In this document: positions 1 to 8,929 of the stretch, piece after piece
How positions within the stretch are numbered: position 1 is the stretch's first letter
Layout of the letters: every line of letters starts with the position of its first letter
The notes under the pieces: model-generated
The model's database searches: none
Told to the model about the DNA's origin: nothing
Seen by the model: the letters and a program-made list of their open reading frames with translations, nothing else
Position numbers and translations under genes: made by a program
Source: Bacteroidia bacterium
GTDB lineage: Bacteria > Bacteroidota > Bacteroidia > NS11-12g > UBA955
DNA length: 64,000 bases
Direction: 5' to 3'
Assembly (NCBI GenBank): GCA_023653095.1
Contig: JAMNXP010000001.1
Span: forward strand, 324,853-388,852

Positions 1-1
1 T

Positions 2-1186
2 GAAATATTTGATGGAAAACACGACAAGGAGTTTCCGTTGGTTATTTGGCAAACTGGTAGTGGTACTCAAAGCAATATGAACGTGAATGAGGTTATTGCC
101 AACAGAGCACATGTATTAACAGGAGGAAAACTTACAGATGAACATAAAGTTTTACATCCCAATGATGATGTAAACAAGAGTCAAAGCAGTAATGATACCT
201 TTCCAACAGCTATGAGTATTGCTGTTTTTAAACAGGTTATTGATTACACCCTTCCAGGTTTGCAAGCATTAAAGACCACTTTGAAGCACAAAGCAAGGGA
301 ATACAAAGATATAGTGAAAATTGGACGCACCCATTTTATGGACGCTACTCCTTTGACCTTGGGACAGGAATTCAGTGGATATGTTACTCAGCTTGACAAC
401 GGAATTGCCGCTATCAATCGTGCTATGAAACCCGCAGCAGAATTGGCTCTTGGTGGAACTGCAGTTGGAACGGGCTTAAATACACCTAAAGGATATTCAG
501 AATTGGTTGCACGTTTCATTGCCGAAGAAAGTGGATTGCCGTTTGTAACAGCAGAAAATAAGTTTGAAGCATTGGCTGCCCATGATGCAATGGTTGAATT
601 GCACGGAGCAATTAAAAGAGCTGCGGTTAGTGCATTTAAAATTGCCAACGACATTAGAATGTTAAGTTCGGGACCAAGAAGCGGCATTGGTGAGATTTTA
701 ATCCCTGAAAATGAACCTGGTTCGTCCATCATGCCCGGCAAAGTAAATCCAACACAACCAGAAGCGTTGACCATGGTTTGCGCACAAATTTTGGGTAACG
801 ATGTGGCCATTTCTTTTGGAGCGAGTCAAGGACATTTTGAATTGAACGTCTACAAACCCTTGATTGCTGCCAATATGTTGCAAAGTGCACGTTTATTAGG
901 TCAGGCTTGCCTGAGTTTCAATGATAACTGTGCCATTGGAATTGAACCGAATCACGAGAACATCAAAAAATTAGTAGACCAAAGTTTGATGTTAGTTACG
1001 GCTTTGAATACCCACATTGGTTACGAAAACGCGGCTAAAATTGCTAAAAAAGCGCACAAAGAAGGTACTACTTTGAAGGAGGCCGCTCTTTCTTTGGGAC
1101 TTTTAACTTCAGAACAATTTGATGAATGGGTGAAGCCTGAAAGTATGGTTGGAAACCCAGACGAAGTCATCAATTTATTTAAATAA
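2..1186 (+). CDS. fumC: fumarate hydratase class II, 5' end cut by window edge
   Basis: The frame is open from nt 2 ([31 protein letters not shown]). It carries the [11 protein letters not shown] signature loop of the fumarase/aspartase family. The track's TTG at 38 is an internal codon. Confidence 0.95.
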   Translation, partial: EIFDGKHDKEFPLVIWQTGSGTQSNMNVNEVIANRAHVLTGGKLTDEHKVLHPNDDVNKSQSSNDTFPTAMSIAVFKQVIDYTLPGLQALKTTLKHKAREYKDIVKIGRTHFMDATPLTLGQEFSGYVTQLDNGIAAINRAMKPAAELALGGTAVGTGLNTPKGYSELVARFIAEESGLPFVTAENKFEALAAHDAMVELHGAIKRAAVSAFKIANDIRMLSSGPRSGIGEILIPENEPGSSIMPGKVNPTQPEALTMVCAQILGNDVAISFGASQGHFELNVYKPLIAANMLQSARLLGQACLSFNDNCAIGIEPNHENIKKLVDQSLMLVTALNTHIGYENAAKIAKKAHKEGTTLKEAALSLGLLTSEQFDEWVKPESMVGNPDEVINLFK

Positions 1187-1195
1187 ATCGCCTAA

Positions 1196-2038
1196 ATGCC
1201 CATGATTCAATTGGTTGGACACTCCAAGAAGGTGGAAATTGTTAAGCCTTTGATCATGGGCATTTTAAATATTACCCCCGACTCCTATTACAGCGAAAGC
1301 AGAGTATTATCAGTTGAACATGCATTAAGGGTCGCAGAACAAATGCTCAAAGATGGAGCGAGCATCTTAGATATTGGAGGACAAAGCTCCCGACCCGGTT
1401 CAGATAGAATTTCATCCATGGATGAACTTAATCGTGTTTTTCCAATAGTCAAGGCTATTCGTAAACATTTTCCTGAGACATGGATCAGTGTTGATACTTA
1501 TTTCGCCGATGTTGCAAAGTCTTGCATAGATATTGGAGTTGAAATCATCAACGATATTTCTTTTGGTGAAGATGACCCGCAAATGTTATCGGCTATTGCC
1601 AATAGAGATATTACCTATATAGGAATGCACAAAAAGGGAAATCCTAAATTGATGCAACAAAGTCCTCACTATGATTCTGTTGTTGATGAGGTATTCCAAT
1701 ATTTAATTGATCGATCCAACGCTTTTAAAAAAGCGGGTGTGCAGAATATTTGGATTGATGCTGGGTTTGGATTTGGAAAAACTATAGACCATAATTATCA
1801 ACTATTTTTTAATCTGAATCTTTTTTGCCAATCCGAATTTGGTGTACTCGTTGGAATATCTCGCAAAAGTATGATTTACAAATTATTGGAAATCAATGCT
1901 GAAGAATCACTCAATGCAACCTCCGCTTTAAATCTATTGGCATTAGAAAAAGGTGCCAAAATTTTGAGAGTACATGATGTAAAAGCGGCAAAGGAAGTTT
2001 TGAAATTGCATGATGCTTTGCATAACTTTGCCCAATGA
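1196..2038 (+). CDS. folP: dihydropteroate synthase
   Basis: Pterin-binding DHPS motifs: GILNITPDSYY, LDIGGQSSRPG, GFGFGKT. Length is 280 aa. Confidence 0.9.
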   Translation: MPMIQLVGHSKKVEIVKPLIMGILNITPDSYYSESRVLSVEHALRVAEQMLKDGASILDIGGQSSRPGSDRISSMDELNRVFPIVKAIRKHFPETWISVDTYFADVAKSCIDIGVEIINDISFGEDDPQMLSAIANRDITYIGMHKKGNPKLMQQSPHYDSVVDEVFQYLIDRSNAFKKAGVQNIWIDAGFGFGKTIDHNYQLFFNLNLFCQSEFGVLVGISRKSMIYKLLEINAEESLNATSALNLLALEKGAKILRVHDVKAAKEVLKLHDALHNFAQ

Positions 2039-2688
2039 AAATTATTGCTCCATCAATCTTATCTGCCGATTTTGGCAATTTGAATCAAGACATTGATATG
2101 ATTAATCAAAGTGAAGCTCAGTGGTTTCACGTTGATGTAATGGATGGAGTTTTTGTACCCAATATTTCATTCGGCTTTCCGGTCATGAAATCACTTCAAA
2201 AACGGGCTGAAAAAACGTTGGATGTACATTTAATGATTGTTCAACCCGAAAGATACATTGAAGAATTTGCTAAAGCAGGTGCACATATCTTGACTGTTCA
2301 TATTGAAGCTTCAACCCACCTTCACCGAAGCTTGCAACAGATTAAAGCCGCAGGAATGAAGGCAGGCGTAGCATTAAATCCGCACACTCCCATCTCGTCA
2401 TTAATGGATGTTTTGGAGGATGTTGATTTGGTTTGTTTGATGAGCGTGAATCCAGGTTTTGGAGGACAAAAATTCATTCCAAATACTCTACAGAAAATAA
2501 AGGCTTTAAAAACAGAGATTGAAAGCAGAGGTTTAAATACGTTGATTGAAATCGATGGAGGTGTAACCCTAGACAATGCTCAATCCCTATTCAATGCAGG
2601 TGCAGATGTTTTAGTTGCTGGAAACACCGTTTTTTCGGCTGAAAATCCTAAGGCTACTATTTCACAATTGTTGGCCCTATCAAAATAA
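2035..2688 (+). CDS. rpe: ribulose-phosphate 3-epimerase
   Basis: Motifs PSILSADF, HVDVMDGVFVPN, MSVNPGFGGQKF and IEIDGG. Its start overlaps the folP stop by 4 nt (ATGA). Confidence 0.93.
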   Translation: MKIIAPSILSADFGNLNQDIDMINQSEAQWFHVDVMDGVFVPNISFGFPVMKSLQKRAEKTLDVHLMIVQPERYIEEFAKAGAHILTVHIEASTHLHRSLQQIKAAGMKAGVALNPHTPISSLMDVLEDVDLVCLMSVNPGFGGQKFIPNTLQKIKALKTEIESRGLNTLIEIDGGVTLDNAQSLFNAGADVLVAGNTVFSAENPKATISQLLALSK

Positions 2689-2697
2689 ATCCAGGCA

Positions 2698-5157
2698 TTG
2701 CAGCGTTTAGATGCCAAAGTGAAGATATTCTCTCTATTAGCGGTTGTATTTCTTTCGCTGCCTGTTTATTCTCAGTCGAATATCTACAAAGCTAAAGTTG
2801 TAGGTTGTACAAATTGTTCCCTGATTAAAATTATTGACTCTGAAGGCGATATTTTAGCTTCTGCTGATTCTATTGGAAGATTCGAGTTTGATTTACCTTA
2901 TGAACCCTTTCTATACTTTGGTAGATTTGGTAATTCAAAAGAAAAATTATTCGGAAAGTACGCCAGAAAAAGTTCGCTCAGTGATTCAATTACTATGGGT
3001 ATTGGGTTGGATTTAATTGGACAAGTAGAAGTAAATGTTGAAGGTTCTACCCCGTTCATGGATGAGATTAAAATACGTGAATTATCCCTAAACGCAGGGG
3101 TTGGATCCGGTGTAGAGAATTTAATCAAAACATTAGGTGGTGTTAGTAGTAATAATGAACTTTCATCGCAATTCTCCGTTAGAGGCGGAAACTTTGATGA
3201 AAATCTAATTTATGTCAATGATATTGAAATTTACAGACCTCAACTAATTCAAAATGGACAACAAGAAGGCCTGAGTTTCATCAATCCGCAGTTGGTAGAT
3301 AAAATCAAATTTTCCGCTGGGGGATTTGAATCGCAATACGGTGATAAAATGAGTTCGGTATTGGATGTGCAGTATATCAAGCCTGACTCAACGCGCGCTT
3401 CAGTTTCTTTAGGTACGATGATCAATAGCTTCACCGTTGAAGGTTCATCAAAAAAGATATCTGGATTACTATCGATTCGACATTTCACAAATTCACTGTT
3501 GACGGGAACCTTAAACACAAAAGGTACCTATTCCATGAATTTTGCAGATGTACAGTCATTTGTGAAATGGGATATTTCCAGAAATTGGTCATTGGATTTC
3601 TTAGGTAATATTGCTGGCAACGCTTTTCAGTTGATTCCTGAAAGCAAAACCACTGAATTTGGAACCATTCAGAGTGCGTATCAATTAAATGTATTTATGT
3701 TTGGCCAAGAGAACCTAAATTACAACTATTCTCTGGGTGCGCTAACAATGAATTATCGTCCTAATTTGAGGCAGAGCTTCAAATGGATTGCGAGTGCTAC
3801 AGCCATAAACGAAGAAGAGCATTTTGATATTCAAGGGGCCTATAATTTATCTGAATTAGATCGTGATTTCGGTTCATCTAATTTAGGAAAACCATTAAAA
3901 ACCCTAGGGTATGGGTATTATCTAGATCACGGTAGAAACCAAATGCAAAGCCGAATTTTCAATTTTTCACATCTCGGAAATTTCGGAAAGGTTAATGCGC
4001 GCACTCAAACCAAATATGGCATTAGATTGAACAAAGAGTTCATTGTAGATAGGTTCTATGAATGGCTTTATATGGATAGCGCTGATTACAATTTAGCACC
4101 ATGGTCATTTGCAAAAGACACAATCATTCTCGATGACATTACGAGATCCAATAATAGCTTGACTTCTACTAGAATCAACGGATTCATTCAAGTTAAGCAT
4201 TTTATAGATAGAGGTAAGAAATTATCATTGAACGCAGGTTTTAGAGCTTCATGGTGGTCAGTCAACCAGGAATTATTGTTGATGCCAAGAATATCTTTAT
4301 TTTATGAGCCCAACAAATTAGTAAAATATGAATCCAAAGATTCAAGTAAAAAACTCCCTGTAACCTACAGGTTTTCATTTGGAGCATATCATCAACCGCC
4401 CTTTTACAGGGAAATTAGAAGTTTGAGCGGCACATTAAATCCAAACACTAAAGCTCAAAAATCATTTCATTGGGTATTGGGAATGGATCGAGTTGTTACG
4501 TTGTGGAATCGCAGGTTCAAATATACCAGTGAAGCTTATTACAAACACCTTAGTGATTTGATACCCTATTATTACGATAATATCAGAATCAGATATTTTG
4601 CTGAGAACACATCTACAGGTTATGCTGCGGGATTTGACAATCGTTTATACGGGCAATTCAATAAGGGATTGGAAAGTTGGTTTACATTGAGCTTGCTACA
4701 AAGCAAGGAGAGAATTACTTACACCGATGCGAATGGGAATGCAGTAACTTCCGATTGGTTGAGAAGACCAACAGATAGACGTGCTAATTTTGCTGTTATT
4801 TTCCAAGATAGATTAAAACAAAATCCGAGTATAAGAGTCAATTTAAGTATGGTCATTGGAACAAACATTCCTTATTATTTAGATGGAATGGCTCGATATT
4901 CAAGCACACCGAGCATTGTACCACCCTACAGAAGGGTTGATATTGGATTTAGTAAGACTTTCAGGGAACTAGGTTCTAAACCTACAAAATTCAGTTTCAT
5001 CAAGCAATCTTGGCTATCGATTGACATTTTCAATTTACTTGACATCAACAATGTCATAGCATACAGTTGGGTAAAAGACTTAGAAAACAATCGATATGGC
5101 GTACCTGAGTATTTGACTGGACGCAGATTGAATGTGAGGTTGTTTATAGGGTTTTAG
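2698..5157 (+). CDS. TonB-dependent receptor-like outer membrane protein with an N-terminal carboxypeptidase-regulatory-like domain
   Basis: Signal peptide KIFSLLAVVFLSLPVYSQ. Plug-like segment FSVRGGNFDENLIYVNDIEIYRP. A long Gly/Tyr/Asn-rich barrel region ends in a terminal aromatic residue (LFIGF). The true start may be the GTG at 2719. Confidence 0.75.
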   Translation: MQRLDAKVKIFSLLAVVFLSLPVYSQSNIYKAKVVGCTNCSLIKIIDSEGDILASADSIGRFEFDLPYEPFLYFGRFGNSKEKLFGKYARKSSLSDSITMGIGLDLIGQVEVNVEGSTPFMDEIKIRELSLNAGVGSGVENLIKTLGGVSSNNELSSQFSVRGGNFDENLIYVNDIEIYRPQLIQNGQQEGLSFINPQLVDKIKFSAGGFESQYGDKMSSVLDVQYIKPDSTRASVSLGTMINSFTVEGSSKKISGLLSIRHFTNSLLTGTLNTKGTYSMNFADVQSFVKWDISRNWSLDFLGNIAGNAFQLIPESKTTEFGTIQSAYQLNVFMFGQENLNYNYSLGALTMNYRPNLRQSFKWIASATAINEEEHFDIQGAYNLSELDRDFGSSNLGKPLKTLGYGYYLDHGRNQMQSRIFNFSHLGNFGKVNARTQTKYGIRLNKEFIVDRFYEWLYMDSADYNLAPWSFAKDTIILDDITRSNNSLTSTRINGFIQVKHFIDRGKKLSLNAGFRASWWSVNQELLLMPRISLFYEPNKLVKYESKDSSKKLPVTYRFSFGAYHQPPFYREIRSLSGTLNPNTKAQKSFHWVLGMDRVVTLWNRRFKYTSEAYYKHLSDLIPYYYDNIRIRYFAENTSTGYAAGFDNRLYGQFNKGLESWFTLSLLQSKERITYTDANGNAVTSDWLRRPTDRRANFAVIFQDRLKQNPSIRVNLSMVIGTNIPYYLDGMARYSSTPSIVPPYRRVDIGFSKTFRELGSKPTKFSFIKQSWLSIDIFNLLDINNVIAYSWVKDLENNRYGVPEYLTGRRLNVRLFIGF

Positions 5158-5223
5158 TATTTAGTCGTTAGTCTTTGGACTTTGGTCTTTGGTTTTCAGT
5201 GGTCGGCGGTCAGCTATCAGCCG

Positions 5224-5291
5224 TCAGATGTCAGCTCTCGGTGGCTGGCAAAGGGTGGATTCATTGCTAACCGCTGAGAGCTGAAGTCTGA
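5224..5291. terminator. long imperfect hairpin between convergent genes (possible terminator or structured element)
   Basis: Arms tcagatgtcagctctcggtgg (5224-5244) and ccgctgagagctgaagtctga (5271-5291) pair over 21 positions, with 3 G-U wobbles and 1 mismatch. On the plus strand the hairpin is followed by cttttatt. It lies 11 nt past the stop of the minus-strand gene. Confidence 0.35.
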
Positions 5292-5301
5292 TAAGCTTTT
5301 A

Positions 5302-8300
5302 TTAATTCGCTTCTGGGTCACCAGGGGCTGGTGCGATTTTAGATTTACAATCTTTCAACTGGGTTTGAAGAGATGAAACTTCAGATTTCAATCTAGTGAT
5401 TTCAGCGTTGTTTTTCTTGATGATTTCACCCAATTTGCCCATATCATCATCCATTTGAATAATTTGAGCTTTTAGCTGTTCGTATTCATCTGTATGCTTA
5501 GCCTTTTCCTGATTACACTGATTTAAAGATGCTTGAATTTGAGCTTTAGCATTGTCACAATCATCTAATTTGGATTTCAAAGTTTGAATTTCAGAGTTCT
5601 TTGAAGCTAATTGTTTTTGTAAATCCGCAATTTGTGCTTCTAATTGAGCATTATTATTAGATGAAGATGCAGTTGCTTGAATTGCCGCTTTTTCATCGTT
5701 GCATTTCTTTAATTCGGCTTGCAAAGCAGAAACTTGGGCTAGTGCTGAAGTTGTTGATTTCTTCGCTTCGGCGAGTTGCGCTTCGAGAGAGGCAATTTTG
5801 GCGTTTAAGGCAGTTACGTCTGAAGAAGATTTCTTCGCTTCAGCGAGTTGCGCTTCGAGAGTGGCAATTTTAACTTTGTAGGGACTGCAATCTTCACCCG
5901 ATGCTGGCAATGGGGTGTTATTGATTTTGTCAGAAAGTGCTTTTTTCTCTGCTGTTAATTGCGCGACCTGTTTTTTTAGTGCCTCGTTTTCGGCAGTTAG
6001 TTGAGCATTTTGGGTTTTGATTGGCGTGCAATCTTCAGAAGCAGATATTTTACTGCTAGCGGCAGTTAATTTTTCTTGACAAATTTTATTTTCAGACTCA
6101 AGATTCTTGATCTTTAGCTCTAAAGCTGCTTTTTCAGATTTCAATAACGCCACCTGCCTGTCACACTCATTGATTTTATTGATTAAATCTGTATTGGCTT
6201 TGGTTGCATCAATTTGTGAGCCTGACTTAGTTTTTTCAAGGGCTAAATCTGATTCACATTTCTTCTTTTGGTTCTCCAAAAGGTTGATGCGATCACCTAA
6301 AGTTGAATTTTGAGATTTTAATGCTTCAATTTGAGCTTTATTTCTTAGGGATTCATTTTCGAGGGCTAACTTTTCATTTTTCAACGTAGCTATTTCTAAC
6401 TTCAATACAGAAGTCTCAGTACAACATTTCTTGGCTTCATTCAATTGGGTTTGAAGAGCGGTTTTCTCTGCAATGCAATCCGAAAGCAATTTATCTGAAA
6501 GTCCAGAAGAGGTTGCCTTTATCTGGTCTTTAAGATTAACGATTTCAATGTCTGCTTTTTCTTTTTGTCCTTTCCAAACAAGTATTTCGGCTTGGGCCCT
6601 ATCATTTGCTTCTTGGAGTTTCTTTTTCTCTTCGTCGCATTTCTTTTCAGTTGCTGCTATTTGAGCTTTCACTCGTCCTAATTCTTCGTAGCTATTCTTC
6701 AAGTCTGCTTTGGCTTTTTCAACATCAATTTGAGCTTGAGTTAGCTGTTTTTTGCATTCATCGCAATTATTTGTAGGTGAAGGAATTGGAGAATTTTTCA
6801 GTTTTTTTAGCTCCTCTTCTTTGGCTTTTATATCTGCTAAAATTTGTGCTTCGCGTTTCTTCCATTCAATAGCATCAGCTTTGAATTTATCTAATTCTTT
6901 TTGAATGTTGTCTTTTTCTAGAGCAATTTGAGCTTTCGATTTTTCGCAATTTGCTTTGTCCTGCTGTAATTTGTCGTTCTCTTTTTTAAGTTTATCTGCT
7001 TCGGCGGAAATTTTAGCTACTTCCGGATTAACCTTATTTCTTTCGGTTACAACGGTGGTATCGTTAATGGTCTTTTTAACCACTATTTTAACCGTATCAT
7101 ATTGGTAGGTAGTGTCGTATTCGGTTTCTCTTTGAGTGAAAGAGTACCAATCACGTCTGTTGTAGCACCCTCCTATTTTTGATCTAAATCCAAAATAGAA
7201 ACTTGCACCGGTATAATTATTGTTTGCAACGTAATTACTCAATCCATACAGATTATCAGAACCGATGGTAACTGGACCCATTCTCACGTAAGCACCCACT
7301 TGTTGTTTTGTGTAATCGTGTGACAAAGTCAACGGAAATCCATATTCTAAATTCTCAGATTGGAATCTCGGAACTACGCTCAAGTATGAAGCACGTCTAA
7401 GTCCCACGGAATTCCACTGTCTTAAACTATGAGTCCAATATGCACCGAGATGCCATCCCCCGAAAAAGCGTTTATCAAACTGCACATTAAAGGCAACCGG
7501 TGAGTAACTCAAGAATTCATATTCTTCGTTGGCGCCCAAATCACCAAACAATCGATTATGGAGATCATCCAATTTATTGTCGCCCTGAGTGTATTGACCG
7601 TTCTGAATGATTAGCGGATCAATTTTCCAAACTTGATTACCGGTTGAAAGGATTTCGCTTGCACGTCCCCAATAAGAAATAAAGCCCAAATCAGTGATGC
7701 TAGCGCCCCATTTCCAAGAATATTGAAGACTTTTTTCGCGATCACACATAGAGTTGCTTAAGCGCTTCATTCCTGCATTGGGACGATATTCATACATTAC
7801 CCCTACATCCATACCTGCACCAGCACCTTCTACAATGTCAAATTTCCCACCAAAAGGATTAATGAGGGTTCTCATGTTTCCCGCTGAAGTAAGCAAACGA
7901 GCGTTCATCTGATTGATGGTTAGTTGCGTGGGACTATTGATCGTAAAAGAAATATCATCGGCCCCAAGGTGACCAACTCCCATTCCTAGTAACAATTTGG
8001 ATGTTAATCCCCATCTCCAAGAATGTTGTTTTGAAGTATTATTGAAACCAGAGAAGGTCATATACCATTCTTGATATCTCTCTGTATTCATTGAGAAATG
8101 GTTCTGATTGATGGTTTGTCCAACTTTGTTATTTACTTGTGGCATACCATAACGCATGATTCCGCCCAGATCGGCGTCTAATCCGTTGATTGAAAAACCA
8201 GAAACAGCTTTCATACCAAATCCCATAGCTCCAAAAGATCCCAAGGGAAAGAAAATGGACGGTCCCCAAACTTCGTTCAGGTAATTCAGATTCCAATTGT

Positions 8301-8622
8301 CTTTTCCTAAATTGGTTGGTAGCCAATCTTGGTTAAATGCTAAGGTTCCGTTTGTGTTGACTAATTCTTCAGGATAATTGCCGTTTGCCCATTGCCCTAG
8401 ACGAAACGGAGCATTGTATGACATGAAGTTATTCTCAGCATTCACTGAACCACCCCACCAGTTGATGTAAAGGCGATTTCCCGGGTTGGTTCTAGAAAGA
8501 GCCGGATTCAAGGAGAAGGAATAGGGACTGTTAAAGTCTCCAACCATTAATCCAAGTGGATGCTGAGCAATTGATGTTGACAGTATTCCGAAGGAAACAA
8601 GGGCCGCAAAAATCTTTTTCAT
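5302..8622 (-). CDS. outer-membrane-barrel-like domain (~500 aa) fused to a ~585 aa Cys-punctuated coiled coil; function unknown
   Basis: Signal peptide MKKIFAALVSFGILSTSIAQ. The N-terminal half is Gly/aromatic/Asn-rich with alternating-strand character (for example GASFYFGFRS). The C-terminal half is K/E/A/Q/L-rich heptad-like sequence through to the end (KIAPAPGDPEAN). It lies 49 nt downstream of the type-B CTD adhesin gene on the same strand. Confidence 0.8.
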   Translation of the reverse strand: MKKIFAALVSFGILSTSIAQHPLGLMVGDFNSPYSFSLNPALSRTNPGNRLYINWWGGSVNAENNFMSYNAPFRLGQWANGNYPEELVNTNGTLAFNQDWLPTNLGKDNWNLNYLNEVWGPSIFFPLGSFGAMGFGMKAVSGFSINGLDADLGGIMRYGMPQVNNKVGQTINQNHFSMNTERYQEWYMTFSGFNNTSKQHSWRWGLTSKLLLGMGVGHLGADDISFTINSPTQLTINQMNARLLTSAGNMRTLINPFGGKFDIVEGAGAGMDVGVMYEYRPNAGMKRLSNSMCDREKSLQYSWKWGASITDLGFISYWGRASEILSTGNQVWKIDPLIIQNGQYTQGDNKLDDLHNRLFGDLGANEEYEFLSYSPVAFNVQFDKRFFGGWHLGAYWTHSLRQWNSVGLRRASYLSVVPRFQSENLEYGFPLTLSHDYTKQQVGAYVRMGPVTIGSDNLYGLSNYVANNNYTGASFYFGFRSKIGGCYNRRDWYSFTQRETEYDTTYQYDTVKIVVKKTINDTTVVTERNKVNPEVAKISAEADKLKKENDKLQQDKANCEKSKAQIALEKDNIQKELDKFKADAIEWKKREAQILADIKAKEEELKKLKNSPIPSPTNNCDECKKQLTQAQIDVEKAKADLKNSYEELGRVKAQIAATEKKCDEEKKKLQEANDRAQAEILVWKGQKEKADIEIVNLKDQIKATSSGLSDKLLSDCIAEKTALQTQLNEAKKCCTETSVLKLEIATLKNEKLALENESLRNKAQIEALKSQNSTLGDRINLLENQKKKCESDLALEKTKSGSQIDATKANTDLINKINECDRQVALLKSEKAALELKIKNLESENKICQEKLTAASSKISASEDCTPIKTQNAQLTAENEALKKQVAQLTAEKKALSDKINNTPLPASGEDCSPYKVKIATLEAQLAEAKKSSSDVTALNAKIASLEAQLAEAKKSTTSALAQVSALQAELKKCNDEKAAIQATASSSNNNAQLEAQIADLQKQLASKNSEIQTLKSKLDDCDNAKAQIQASLNQCNQEKAKHTDEYEQLKAQIIQMDDDMGKLGEIIKKNNAEITRLKSEVSSLQTQLKDCKSKIAPAPGDPEAN
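5756..5871 (-). repeat. two 44-bp near-identical direct repeats with a 72-bp period inside the coiled-coil CDS
   Basis: 5756-5799 gatttcttcgcttcggcgagttgcgcttcgagagaggcaatttt versus 5828-5871 gatttcttcgcttcagcgagttgcgcttcgagagtggcaatttt (2 mismatches). They encode I-A-[ST]-LEAQLAEAKKS twice. Confidence 0.9.
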
Positions 8623-8671
8623 AGTTTAAACGAATTCACAAATTTATGTGAATCACAGCATAAACCATGCC

Positions 8672-8929
8672 TTAACGTATCACCTGAATGTAACCCTTGA
8701 ATTTTATATCTTGTTCAGTGTGTTTTAAATAGTAAAAATAAACCCCATTTTCAAGTTCTTTACCATTGGAGTCTGAGCCATTGAATGAGTTATCGTAGGG
8801 TGATTTTTTCAAGATTACAGCACCTTGACGGTCCATGATTGTCACTTCGTACTTTTCAAATTCAGGCAACATATCAATGCGCCAAGTTTGATTTAATGCA
8901 TCTCCGTTAGGGCTAATAATATTCGGTAA
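8672..8929 (-). other. type-B T9SS C-terminal sorting domain (gliding motility-associated CTD, TIGR04131-like)
   Basis: LPNIISPNGDALNQTWRIDML...YEVTIMDRQGAVILKK...NGSDSNGKELENGVYFYYLKH...FKGYIQVIR fits the PNGDG.ND / I.DR.G / G.Y.Y / G.V.LIR pattern of this family. Confidence 0.75.

Noticed and set aside
5661-6664. Several 60-70 aa plus-strand ORFs inside the coiled-coil gene (5661-5873, 5699-5881, 6107-6313, 6473-6664)
   Set aside because: They are antisense to a long, well-supported low-complexity CDS. Stop-poor antisense frames are expected for K/E/A/Q-rich coding sequence.
8634-8653. Hairpin ATTCACA-aattta-TGTGAAT in the 49-nt spacer between the adhesin gene and the barrel/coiled-coil gene
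   Set aside because: The stem is only 7 bp and AT-rich, and no U-tract follows. It is too weak to call a terminator or attenuator, and the two genes are more likely co-transcribed.
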